A stretch of 64,000 bases of DNA from an uncultured bacterium (GCA_903851135.1 CAINNK010000012.1:4282-68281); one strand, 5' to 3'; positions 20,951 to 29,122 are shown, counted from the first letter of the stretch. Notes: generated from the letters alone by a model not told the origin. Numbers and translations are program-made.

Positions 20951-20976
20951 TTATGCTTCCGGCCGGAAAGCACAAA
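20951..20976 (-). promoter_or_regulatory. palindromic operator TGCTTTCCGGCCGGAAGCA inside promoter spacer of radical SAM gene
   Basis: minus-strand reading TTTGTG-ctttccggccggaagca-TAATCA; near-identical element before the 100-aa gene at 21442. Confidence 0.6.
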
Positions 20977-21115
20977 GATCAAAAGGAGGAAACACTTCGA
21001 ATTTTTAAGGGACCTTTCCAAATCTCAGCCCACTATTGCTAATGAGCTAGGACAAGGGGTGGAATAATCAGATGATTATTCCACCTGCAAATTTTCAACT
21101 AGCTAAAATGATGTT

Positions 21116-21418
21116 CTACAACTTTTTTATTTCAACTATTTCTTCTGCTGGAACATTTTTTACCATAAAAATGGTGCAGCCCTTTTTGTTTTTCCATGAC
21201 CTTGCTTTTGTTGAATTAATGACGAGGATAATTGCGGTACCGCCTACCTGAGTCCTGCTTCTTCCTGCATAACCAACTGCGCTTTGGTAGTTAGTTGTGA
21301 GAAAAACTACATCAGTGTTTTTGGTCCTATTCTCCGTCAGATTAATTCCACCCACTAAGCCATTTTCCATTATGGAATGGAGATTTTCGCTGCTTGTTCC
21401 ATGAAAGAACTGTGCCAT
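21116..21418 (-). CDS. hypothetical 100-aa protein co-regulated with radical SAM enzyme (candidate substrate/partner)
   Basis: RBS AGGAGC; N-terminal MAQFFHGTSSENLHSIMENGLVGG then Thr/Ser/Asn-rich remainder; same operator as the rSAM gene. Confidence 0.5.
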   Translation of the reverse strand: MAQFFHGTSSENLHSIMENGLVGGINLTENRTKNTDVVFLTTNYQSAVGYAGRSRTQVGGTAIILVINSTKARSWKNKKGCTIFMVKNVPAEEIVEIKKL

Positions 21419-21441
21419 TTTCTGCTCCTTTTTTATAATTT

Positions 21442-21466
21442 ATGCTTCTGGCCAGATAGCATAAAT
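21442..21466 (-). promoter_or_regulatory. palindromic operator TGCTATCTGGCCAGAAGCA in promoter of 100-aa gene
   Basis: minus-strand TTTATG-ctatctggccagaagca-TAAATT; roughly 45 nt of upstream sequence conserved with the rSAM promoter. Confidence 0.6.
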
Positions 21467-21695
21467 TTTGCTAAAGGAGACATGCTAGTTGATTTTCAAG
21501 GAACTTGCTAACTGTGCTAATGTGTTGAGTAATCCATCTCAACATCAAAGCATATCATAAAATGTCAAACATGTCGATAGTAAGATTAGATAGTAATTAA
21601 AATATTGACACTTTATGGCTTGTATGATAGGATATATATGTCGAAACATTTTCCACAACATTTACACTGTCAAATAATTTTTTAAATCTTTTTCA

Positions 21696-22457
21696 ATGAT
21701 AAAAAACCTTCTTTCAGCTCTTAATTTTTCCGAGAAAGAATCGCTCGTCTACTTAGCGCTTCTTGAAGTTGGCAATGGAAAAGCCCAGGAAATTGCAAAA
21801 AAAACGGGACTCAATCGCACGACCGTGTATGATATTTTTGAAACTTTGATGCAAAAAGGTTTGGTGAGTAAATTCAAAAAAGGCTCCGCGACATTTTTCA
21901 ATGCTTTGGAACCAAAACATTTGTTGACCTATTTGGATCGTGAAAAAGAAGAACAATCCAAAAAGATTGAAAAGCAAAAACAAAAAGTCTCCGAGCTTTT
22001 GCCACAATTAATTTCACTTCAAAACATTTTTACCGACAAACCGAAAGTACAATTTTTCGAAGGTGAAAAGGGAATGCGAGAAGCCTATGAAGACACACTT
22101 ACTGCCGATGGAATTCTTTTGGGATATTCTAACTTAGAGACAATCCATGAGGGTTTGCCAAATTTTTTTCCTGAGTATTACAAGCGTCGAGTTGAAAAAA
22201 AGATTTTCGGTCGCGGAATTTTGCCAAGAAATAAAATATCACTCGAAAGAACCACCCATAATCAAGAGGAAATGCGCGACGTTCGTTTTCTGCCTGATGA
22301 GGACATGACCTTTTCACCAGAAGTGAACATTTACAATAACAAAATTTTGATAGTTTCCTGGAAAGAAAAAATGGCCATTCTGATTGAATCCAAAGAATTG
22401 GCTGACTTGCAAAGGCTAACTTTCAATCTTCTTTGGGAAACTTTGCCTAGGAAATAA
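21696..22457 (+). CDS. TrmB-like winged-HTH transcriptional regulator (paralog)
   Basis: ESLVYLALLEVGNGKAQEIAKKTGLNRTTVYDIFETLMQKGLV; FEGEKGMREAYEDTL; promoter TTGACA-17-TAGGAT at 21606. Confidence 0.7.
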   Translation: MIKNLLSALNFSEKESLVYLALLEVGNGKAQEIAKKTGLNRTTVYDIFETLMQKGLVSKFKKGSATFFNALEPKHLLTYLDREKEEQSKKIEKQKQKVSELLPQLISLQNIFTDKPKVQFFEGEKGMREAYEDTLTADGILLGYSNLETIHEGLPNFFPEYYKRRVEKKIFGRGILPRNKISLERTTHNQEEMRDVRFLPDEDMTFSPEVNIYNNKILIVSWKEKMAILIESKELADLQRLTFNLLWETLPRK

Positions 22458-22466
22458 CTTAGTGCC

Positions 22467-22588
22467 TGTCATTCCCGCGGAGGCGGGAATCCAGGTTTAA
22501 TGCAGATTTCTTCCTTTGATAATGGCTCTATAATAATATTTACAATCTTATTGTGATATTCTGGATTCCCGTTTTCACGGGAATGACA
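22467..22588. repeat. GTCATYC...GRATGAC inverted-repeat element, copy 2 (immediately downstream of TrmB paralog)
   Basis: arms TGTCATTCCCGCGGAGGCGGGAATCCAG / CTGGATTCCCGTTTTCACGGGAATGACA, roughly 65-nt AT-rich centre. Confidence 0.6.
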
Positions 22589-22657
22589 AGAAGGTAGCTT
22601 CGTGATAAAAATAAAATTAACACAGATTAAATTAACCTTGACTCAAGTGTTATGTAT

Positions 22658-23503
22658 TTATAAACTCTTTTGATGGATAGCAAAGTCCCTAGCAAGGGTC
22701 TTTTTTAGTTTGGTGGCTTTTTTGTGATTGCGAGAAATCACCAGGCGCATGCGTCCTTGGCGTGACAGAATTTTTTGAATCTTTTCTTTGGCATTTTCGT
22801 TAAAGCTGGTAGCGGTTTGATAAAGTTTTTCAACTTCGTTTGCAATTTCTTTGTCGAGCCAGACTTCAATTAAAAAATCTCCAAAGATGTTTAAATAATA
22901 ATTATTCTCCTTGAACATTGGTTTGGTCAGCATGTTGTATTGACTCCTTGCTCCATCGAAGCTGGAAGCAATGTGTTTGTCCAGTGGGGTGCTGCTTCCG
23001 GCAGTTAGTAAAAACGGATGATCCTTGTGGGCAAACGAATCGATGAAAGCTTGTTCATTTTTATTGCGTGCTAGCAAGAACCATTCATGCGGATTATAGA
23101 AAAAAATCGGCTCTTTTTCTTTAAGCTGTTCAATTAAAATGTAGATAGCGTGCGTCCAAAAGATGTCAGCCTTTTCAACTGTTTGAAAATAATATTTGAT
23201 TCTTTCTTTGTCTTCAAGCCTAAGAAAACTGCCATCGTTGGAATTTTTAACATAGTTTCCTTTCGCATTCTCAAAAAAGTTAGTCATTTCATTGAGCCAA
23301 GAAAGGTTGAGGGATGCTGCTCCCTTGGTGATGATGATACTTTCCTGATCTCGCAAAATTCGCAGAGCGCAGTAAACGGCTTGCTTGGTCGTCTGCGGGC
23401 GAATTTCTTTGATTTTAGCCACCAAATCGAGGCATTTTTGTGGTCCTCTTTTCAGTAAAGAAAGTAAATTTTCTTCAATATTTTTAGGCTTAACTAAAGA
23501 CAT
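22658..23503 (-). CDS. hypothetical protein with N-terminal wHTH-like segment
   Basis: 281-aa ORF; N-terminal CLDLVAKIKEIRPQTTKQAVYCALRILRDQ resembles a winged-helix DNA-binding segment. Confidence 0.4.
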   Translation of the reverse strand: MSLVKPKNIEENLLSLLKRGPQKCLDLVAKIKEIRPQTTKQAVYCALRILRDQESIIITKGAASLNLSWLNEMTNFFENAKGNYVKNSNDGSFLRLEDKERIKYYFQTVEKADIFWTHAIYILIEQLKEKEPIFFYNPHEWFLLARNKNEQAFIDSFAHKDHPFLLTAGSSTPLDKHIASSFDGARSQYNMLTKPMFKENNYYLNIFGDFLIEVWLDKEIANEVEKLYQTATSFNENAKEKIQKILSRQGRMRLVISRNHKKATKLKKTLARDFAIHQKSL

Positions 23504-23596
23504 AAGGCGATATTTTGATACTTATTAGTAAAAAATAATTTTACTGATAAATAAAATATAACACAAAAATAGCAAAATTGTCAAGGTTGGTGTAAT

Positions 23597-24469
23597 ATGA
23601 TTTGTTATGGGATGGGAAATGTTTTTAAACATAATAAAATTTTTATTTTTATGTGTAATTCAGACAAAAAAATTATTATTATAAACGGAGTCATGGGAGT
23701 AATAGGCTCACCGATTTTTTCATATTTTGCTGAACAAGGCGAGCATATTATTTATGGGATAAGCAGACGGGGTCTTTATTTTGAAGAATATTTAAATACA
23801 AATAGTGGAAAGCTTTTTGAAAAGAACTTGGTTTTTTCTGTGGCAGACTATAAAAAAGATAACTATGAAATCGACATTGATAATTTCGTTGAGGCACTTC
23901 CTGATTTGCCAATAGTTTTTATACACACAATGGGAGAATATGTTACTGAAATGAACAGAAGCGGAGAAATAAAAGTCAACAATGACAATGATGGTGATGG
24001 AATTGATGATAATGTGAAACGCTTGACCTATGATGTTTCAATGTCATTTTGCAAGAAATTGTCGCAATTGAAATCGCAGGTTACTTTTGTTCAAATAGGC
24101 TCTCTTTCGGACAAATATCGGATTGATATTCATGGATCATGGTTAAGGTCTATGGACTTATTAAAATGCGACTTGAAAAATCTTTGCGAGAAGTATCAAA
24201 ATTTTAATGCTTTAATTTTGAATGTTTCTTCTGTATTAACTCCGAAAGAACTTATTGATAGGCCGTTTGTTTCCTTGAAAACAAATGCTGATATGCGCTA
24301 TTGGCTACCCCCAGTTGAAATTGCAAGATTTATTGATGGATATACTGGCACAGAGAAAAAAAGGCTTAATGAGGAAGAGCTTTATAGGAAATGGCCAAAC
24401 ATAACTCAAGATCATTTTTCTTTAGAGTCTTATAAGATTAGGCGCAGTAAAGAACTTTTTAAGGACTAG
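23597..24469 (+). CDS. NAD(P)-binding Rossmann-fold protein (epimerase/reductase-like), start uncertain
   Basis: KIIIINGVMGVIGSPI (GxxGxxG) close to N-terminus; alternative Met starts at +6 and +19. Confidence 0.5.
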   Translation: MICYGMGNVFKHNKIFIFMCNSDKKIIIINGVMGVIGSPIFSYFAEQGEHIIYGISRRGLYFEEYLNTNSGKLFEKNLVFSVADYKKDNYEIDIDNFVEALPDLPIVFIHTMGEYVTEMNRSGEIKVNNDNDGDGIDDNVKRLTYDVSMSFCKKLSQLKSQVTFVQIGSLSDKYRIDIHGSWLRSMDLLKCDLKNLCEKYQNFNALILNVSSVLTPKELIDRPFVSLKTNADMRYWLPPVEIARFIDGYTGTEKKRLNEEELYRKWPNITQDHFSLESYKIRRSKELFKD

Positions 24470-24521
24470 AAAGTAATAGATTGATGGTTTTAAAGGAATA
24501 ATAAATTTAGAAATTTTTTAT

Positions 24522-25181
24522 ATGAAGAAAAGGAATGAATCAATAATAAATGAATTGAATTTATTGTTAAGACGGGATTTTTGTTCTGAGGACTTGATAA
24601 TAATCCTAGAGCAATTATACCCAGATACATATGAAAAAAGTGTTGGAGTCTGGGAGAAATATACTCTAAAGCAACATACTTTAATGGTAATGGGGCAGTT
24701 TGAAAAATATTTTAGTTGTAAGGATTTACCTTTGGATTTTAACAGAGGAATTTTCAGACTGTTTCTTGCTTTGCATGACATAGGGAAACCTATGGCAATA
24801 AGCAAAGAGGGTAAGCACTTGCAACATAAATATACCCAAGAATATATCTCGAAACTATTTAAAGAGTTGGGTATTGATAGTAAGCATTTCAATTTAGTTA
24901 TGTCTTTAGTGTCGAGCGATCCAATAGGCGGATATTTAACTGAAAAATTAGATGAAGAAAAAACAAAAGAAGTTGTCCGACAGATGGCAGAATGTGCAGG
25001 GGTTAATGCGCGTGATTTTTTTAAACTGCTTTGCATATATTATAAGGTTGATGCAGGTAGTTATACTGAAAATGCTGGAGGTCTTAAATCTCTCGATCAC
25101 TTATTTGTTTTCGATGAAGATAATCGTGAATTGAATTTTGCAATTAATATTCAGCATAAAATGGATAGAATAGATCTGTGA
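24522..25181 (+). CDS. HD-domain phosphohydrolase-like protein
   Basis: H..H...LALHDIGKP metal-binding HD signature (HTLMVMGQ...FLALHDIGKPMAI). Confidence 0.6.
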   Translation: MKKRNESIINELNLLLRRDFCSEDLIIILEQLYPDTYEKSVGVWEKYTLKQHTLMVMGQFEKYFSCKDLPLDFNRGIFRLFLALHDIGKPMAISKEGKHLQHKYTQEYISKLFKELGIDSKHFNLVMSLVSSDPIGGYLTEKLDEEKTKEVVRQMAECAGVNARDFFKLLCIYYKVDAGSYTENAGGLKSLDHLFVFDEDNRELNFAINIQHKMDRIDL

Positions 25182-25261
25182 GAAATTTTATCTCCTCAAA
25201 TTTTGCTGCTTATTCATTTGTGTGAAGAAAAAAATAGACCGGTCTAAAAGAGAAATCTTAT

Positions 25262-25320
25262 AAGTCGGCCTCCATCCTTGAGAGTATGAAAAGTTCGTGC
25301 TTTCAAAAAGTGGAGAAGAC
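25262..25320 (+). repeat. conserved 3' cassette-end element, copy A
   Basis: GTCGGCC..CCATCCTTGAGAGTATGAAAAGTTCGTGCTTTCAAAAAGTGGAGAA, 21-62 nt after stop of upstream gene. Confidence 0.6.
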
Positions 25321-25483
25321 AGAGCGATGCGGTTTTTCCTCCAAAGGCGGACAATTGGGTTACAGACACTGAACCGACAAGGAAGATTTCAGCAAAAACT
25401 AGCTTATTTGTCAACATTTTTGATAAATAATTTTAATTATCCTATTTTTAAGCTATTTATTGGGGTATATGTGTATTATGTTA

Positions 25484-25586
25484 TTGATAATTTTGACGAA
25501 ATAGTGTAAGATAGCTTGTTATAGTTCATTTACATCACAACGCTTATCATAAAAAAATGATGAGCACAACCAAGGAGGATATTATG
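25484..25586 (+). promoter_or_regulatory. conserved promoter plus leader (extended -10) shared with 26947..27027
   Basis: TTGATA-17-TGtTAAGAT then AGCTTGTTATAGTTCATTTACA...AGGAGGATATTATGG; about 80% identical over roughly 70 nt to the region before 27025. Confidence 0.6.
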
Positions 25587-25892
25587 GAAAAAATAGCAAG
25601 CATTTTAACGCAAGGAACGATTGAGAATTTACTCGATGTATTCGGTTGGAAGGGTTTTGTACCCTATAACGCTTGTATATTTTTTGATGCGTGGAAAGAG
25701 ATTCAGGGCGATTCCGTTAATCTTGAATGCTCAATTTCCGAAAAAGAACACTGTTTTGATGTACATCTTCATCGAATAGGGTTTGTTTCCCCTAGAATAA
25801 TAGATGTGCAAGGATTAAGTGTGCAACAAATCATACGGCTCCTCATTGCAGATGACACGTATAAAGAACTTCGTAAGATAAAACCGGAGTAA
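25584..25892 (+). CDS. hypothetical small protein (102 aa)
   Basis: AGGAGG RBS 7 nt before ATG 25584 (MEKIASILTQ..); ORF track starts it 27 nt earlier. Confidence 0.5.
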   Translation: MEKIASILTQGTIENLLDVFGWKGFVPYNACIFFDAWKEIQGDSVNLECSISEKEHCFDVHLHRIGFVSPRIIDVQGLSVQQIIRLLIADDTYKELRKIKPE

Positions 25893-25923
25893 GTTGTACT
25901 TTAATCCTGCTTTACAAAAAAGC

Positions 25924-25998
25924 TGCCGACCCAGAAATCCTTCTGAGTCGGCCCCATCCTTGAAGACATAAAAGTTTGTGTTTTCAAGAAATGGATAA
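25924..25998 (+). repeat. conserved 3' cassette-end element, copy B (hairpin plus motif)
   Basis: hairpin CCGACCCAGAAATCCTTCTGAGTCGG then CCATCCTTGAAGACATAAAAGTTTGTGTTTTCAAGAAATGGATAA. Confidence 0.65.
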
Positions 25999-26073
25999 AC
26001 TGAGAACAGTGCAGTTCAAGTCATAGACGTTGAACCAATAAGTAGGTTATTTTTATTGAATTGGTTACTCTTT

Positions 26074-26847
26074 TTATTTTTTCTTTATCTCACTCCATAA
26101 ATTGCTAAAAACTTCACGCAAATTATGTGCCATGACCGGATTATAAATTTCAATCAGATAAAATGGGCGATTCTGCGTATAAATCATGATAATATAATCT
26201 CCAATAATCCAAAAAGAGGAAGTGAAATTTTTGCCAGTGCCCCAAAAATTGATTTCTCGTTGGGCGATTTTTTTTTCCACCATTTTCTTTTCAATTTCTG
26301 AAGCGTTGCTAAACATTTTCAATTGAATATTCTGAGTCGAAGGAGTTTTTAGCCAAAAAGCATCAATCCATTTTTTGTAGTGAGCCACAAGCGTATGGTC
26401 TTGAAAACCCCACCAGGTACTATCATACTTTTTTGCACTTTTGTTCCAGTCATTAGTTTGTTTATACAAATAATCTTCTAAATCAGCTTCTTCGATAAAT
26501 CTAATCTTTGGCATTGCATATTGCTGATTGGTTGGTAATTTCGATAATTCCTCCATCGCTTGTGTAATGAGTTTCTCTTCTTCCTTGAGTGACTGTTTCT
26601 TTTTTTCCAGCATATTGGTGAGTTGTTCTGGCGGAAGCGCCACTAAATAGATATACTTTTGGCCGATATCTTCAATTAAAACGCCCTTTTGGATTAAGCT
26701 CTTGGCGACGCTATAAACCGTTGTTCTATTGATGCCTGTATTCTTGGCAATTCTAACCGGAGTTGATCGCCCTAGGCGTAAAGCTTCAAGATAGATTTCT
26801 ACCTCTTTATCATTAAAGCCAATTTTTTTGAGTATTTCTTGAATCAT
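26074..26847 (-). CDS. TrmB-like winged-HTH transcriptional regulator (paralog)
   Basis: EIYLEALRLGRSTPVRIAKNTGINRTTVYSVAKSLIQKGVL; minus-strand promoter TTGACT-17-TATAAT ends 8 nt before the ATG (leaderless). Confidence 0.7.
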   Translation of the reverse strand: MIQEILKKIGFNDKEVEIYLEALRLGRSTPVRIAKNTGINRTTVYSVAKSLIQKGVLIEDIGQKYIYLVALPPEQLTNMLEKKKQSLKEEEKLITQAMEELSKLPTNQQYAMPKIRFIEEADLEDYLYKQTNDWNKSAKKYDSTWWGFQDHTLVAHYKKWIDAFWLKTPSTQNIQLKMFSNASEIEKKMVEKKIAQREINFWGTGKNFTSSFWIIGDYIIMIYTQNRPFYLIEIYNPVMAHNLREVFSNLWSEIKKK

Positions 26848-26946
26848 ATAGCTTTATTATAGCATGTTGTTGAAGACTAGTCAACAGTATTTTATTGCTT
26901 AAATAAAGCAATAAGTCCTTATAAAAATTAAACTGTTGCCAATATT

Positions 26947-27027
26947 ATTGACAGTTTGTCAAAAACAGTGTAAGCTTACTTGTTATAGTTCATTTACAAT
27001 TCACAATTTAATTAGGAGGATATTATG
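26947..27027 (+). promoter_or_regulatory. conserved promoter plus leader, second copy
   Basis: TTGACA(26947)-17-TGtTAAGCT, leader AGCTTACTTGTTATAGTTCATTTACAATTCACAA, AGGAGGATATTATGG. Confidence 0.6.
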
Positions 27028-27267
27028 GATATTCGTTTCGTGCAGACTTGTGGTTGCTGTCCCGAACAGTACGATGCTTATCTCGGGGATAAGTATGTCG
27101 GATATGTCCGTGAGCGAGGGGGTAGCTTTACAGTCGAGTATCCCGGAAAGGATGACTGTGAAAGAGAGTTACTTTTTTCTGCATATTCTGACGAGGGTTT
27201 TTCAAGTCAGTGGATGCTTAAAAAGGCAAGGAGGGCGATATGGAAAAAAATCATATCAATTCTCTAA
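27025..27267 (+). CDS. hypothetical small Cys-containing protein (80 aa)
   Basis: strong RBS; MDIRFVQTCGCCPEQYDAY.. ; followed by perfect hairpin CTGCCGATAGAATGGTTTTCTATCGGC and a degenerate copy of the 3' element. Confidence 0.5.
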   Translation: MDIRFVQTCGCCPEQYDAYLGDKYVGYVRERGGSFTVEYPGKDDCERELLFSAYSDEGFSSQWMLKKARRAIWKKIISIL

Positions 27268-27505
27268 CTTTCCGGACGGGAATACTTCACCCGTTGGCAA
27301 CAGAACCTCTGCAAAGAGGAAACGAAGGAGACCTGCACCGAACAGGTCGAAACGAGTCTGAAAGTCTCGAAAAAACTTTCAACAACTGCCGATAGAATGG
27401 TTTTCTATCGGCTCAATCCTCAGGAATATATTTTTGCAAAATGTATTTCTAAGGGATGAAAAAAGTTCATTACGAATAAAGCAGTTGAAAACAAGGAGAT
27501 AGAAA

Positions 27506-27958
27506 ATGAAATTGTTAGCAGAAAATGCAATTTTAAAATCAGTTAAAGGTAAGGGCGAGAACAAGCGGAATTGCTATTATCTTTATCTTGATGATCTGCC
27601 CAAAATAAAATTGGGAAATCTCGAGAGGACGCGAGGCAAGAAGAAACTTTTCATCATCGAGGATGAAGCTCTTGAGTCAGTTGAAACATTCATTGATAAG
27701 CTCTCGCTTTCAATTGAAGATGCGGCCCAAGACTCGGCAGTGGAGAGATTTTTTCATAGTCTTGTTTCTTGTAGAGGTAAAGAGGGAGAAGTGGCAATCA
27801 TCCTTGAACCACGTATGTGGCCCCTTACGGGATTATACAAGGTATTTGCTGGTGATCCTGATTACATCAAGGAGGATTTGAGCACACCGTGCCTCGCTTC
27901 GTATTATAAGGGGCAAATGCCATATCCATATGGCAAAATCAAAAAAAGCCTTTTTTGA
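27506..27958 (+). CDS. hypothetical protein (150 aa)
   Basis: ORF with GGAGA RBS; no motif recognised. Confidence 0.45.
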   Translation: MKLLAENAILKSVKGKGENKRNCYYLYLDDLPKIKLGNLERTRGKKKLFIIEDEALESVETFIDKLSLSIEDAAQDSAVERFFHSLVSCRGKEGEVAIILEPRMWPLTGLYKVFAGDPDYIKEDLSTPCLASYYKGQMPYPYGKIKKSLF

Positions 27959-27963
27959 TTCAA

Positions 27964-28040
27964 CTGGCTGATTTAGAAATCTTTTTAAATCAGCCCCATC
28001 CTTGAAGACATAAAAGTTTGTGTTTTCAAGAAATGGAGAA
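27964..28040 (+). repeat. conserved 3' cassette-end element, copy C
   Basis: palindrome GGCTGATTTAGAAATCTTTTTAAATCAGCC then CCATCCTTGAAGACATAAAAGTTTGTGTTTTCAAGAAATGGAGAA (44/45 identical to copy B). Confidence 0.65.
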
Positions 28041-28090
28041 ATTAATAATTAACAAGTTTTGTAGCTTAAAAAATAAACAAGGAGATTAAA

Positions 28091-28432
28091 ATGGTAGACG
28101 TTAGAAGAGAAGTAAGACTTATTAAAATTATTACAATCATTTGCTTGCTCATGATTTTAATTTGTATAGTAGTCTGTCCCGAAGTAATTGTTTGGCTGGC
28201 TATTTTGATTTTTGCCGGGTATGTTTCCTGGCTAATCGATATGAAAGTTTGGTTGGAGGATAAAAAAATTTGGCTTGGTTATGATGAAGAAGCATTTCCT
28301 AGACCAGATGAAACCTGGGGAGAAGGCTTTTCCAGGCCGGATGACGTTTGGGAAGCAGTTTTTATAGACCTGAGTATTTTTTATTCGGTATATGAAAAAT
28401 TCTTAAGGCATAAAAAAATCCAAAAGTTATGA
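28091..28432 (+). CDS. hypothetical small membrane protein (2 TM)
   Basis: IKIITIICLLMILICIVVCPEVIVWLAILIFAGYVSWLI hydrophobic segments. Confidence 0.4.
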   Translation: MVDVRREVRLIKIITIICLLMILICIVVCPEVIVWLAILIFAGYVSWLIDMKVWLEDKKIWLGYDEEAFPRPDETWGEGFSRPDDVWEAVFIDLSIFYSVYEKFLRHKKIQKL

Positions 28433-28514
28433 GGAGACTTTTGGTTGCAGGATTGGCTGTTGCTGTCCTGATGGCGCTGGCACACTTTGTTATTCAGTGT
28501 CAGCAAAACAACCT

Positions 28515-28553
28515 TAGCGCAAGCGGAAAATCTTTTCCCTTGCGCTTTTTTTA
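28515..28553 (+). terminator. rho-independent terminator
   Basis: AGCGCAAGCGGAAAATCTTTTCCCTTGCGCT followed by TTTTTTT. Confidence 0.7.
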
Positions 28554-28562
28554 TAAACAAAA

Positions 28563-28592
28563 AACCTTCCCAAATAAATGGGAAGGTTTTTT
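28563..28592 (+). terminator. second rho-independent terminator
   Basis: AACCTTCCCAAATAAATGGGAAGGTT followed by TTTT. Confidence 0.7.
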
Positions 28593-28620
28593 CGGAAGCA
28601 ACCGCTAAGTTTTGCGTTGA

Positions 28621-28771
28621 TTGTTCTGTAGACAAGTCCCAGGAAACGGATCCCCCGGGGAAGGAGCAGTGTCGAGGAGGAGCGCAGCCGAAACCACCCA
28701 ACCCATGTCTGGACAAAAAAGCACCCGATACTGAGGACAAAAGATAGAAGCCCCCAGCTGTCTACAGGACA
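28621..28771 (+). ncRNA. candidate structured ncRNA (GC-rich island with 15-bp terminal helix; SRP-RNA-like GGAAGGAGCAG motif); identity unresolved
   Basis: 5' TTGTTCTGTAGACAAG pairs with 3' GCTGTCTACAGGACAA (15 bp, 1 wobble, 1 mismatch), enclosing about 118 nt of markedly higher G+C than the flanks; contains CCCAGG...GGGGAAGGAGCAG reminiscent of SRP RNA helix 8 (CAGG..GGAAGGAAGCAGC); strand not established. Confidence 0.25.
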
Positions 28772-29122
28772 ATAAACACAAAATTTCAAAAAAACAAACT
28801 AAATCTCTTTTTTCACTTGATTAAGGAGTCTAGCATGCCTTGGTTTTTTTGTCAAGGGGTGCTATACTTGGAACGTAAAGCGTGAAACGCGGAGCGTTTA
28901 ATTCGGAGCTTGTAAGGCTTAATCTAAGTGAAAAATCACCACACTGAGAGATTTGTGGTATTCTGTAAAGTAATACGTTTTAAATGGTTGTTTGTTTCAA
29001 TAAAGCCGAGAAAGGTTCTAAATGTTATAGATGTTCTATTTGTTGTAAGTGCTCTAGGTGCGATAGTCGTTTCAGTTATTGTAAATTTTCTGCTAGTTAC
29101 TAGTTACTGGCTACTATAGAAT

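Noticed and set aside
21116-21418. Double-glycine (bacteriocin-type) leader in the 100-aa protein (MAQFFHGTSSENLHSIMENGLVGG|)
   Set aside because: The Leu/Glu spacing only partly fits the LSxxELxxIxGG consensus, the putative core of 76 aa is long, and no C39 peptidase/ABC exporter is nearby; retained only as a weak possibility within the rSAM finding.
25297-25509. 70-aa GTG-initiated ORF
   Set aside because: It starts inside the conserved 3' element copy A and runs through an AT-rich promoter region that is duplicated upstream of another gene; non-coding explanation preferred.
24500-28100. Classical integron (attC sites) explanation for the repeated 3' elements
   Set aside because: No IntI-like integrase, no recognisable R''/L''...L'/R' core sites (GTTRRRY), and the conserved part lies after the hairpin rather than at the hairpin ends; reported generically as cassette-like.
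28648-28659. GGATCCCCCGGG (BamHI-SmaI, identical to a pBluescript polylinker stretch) suggesting vector contamination
   Set aside because: Only 12 nt match and the flanks do not continue as polylinker (no GAATTC/CTGCAG/ACTAGT). The string is a C5G4 palindrome inside a GC-rich structured segment. Kept as a caveat in the ncRNA finding rather than called contamination.
28928-29119. 63-aa ORF immediately upstream of ruvB
   Set aside because: Hydrophobic low-complexity translation overlapping the likely ruvB promoter; no RBS; left unannotated.
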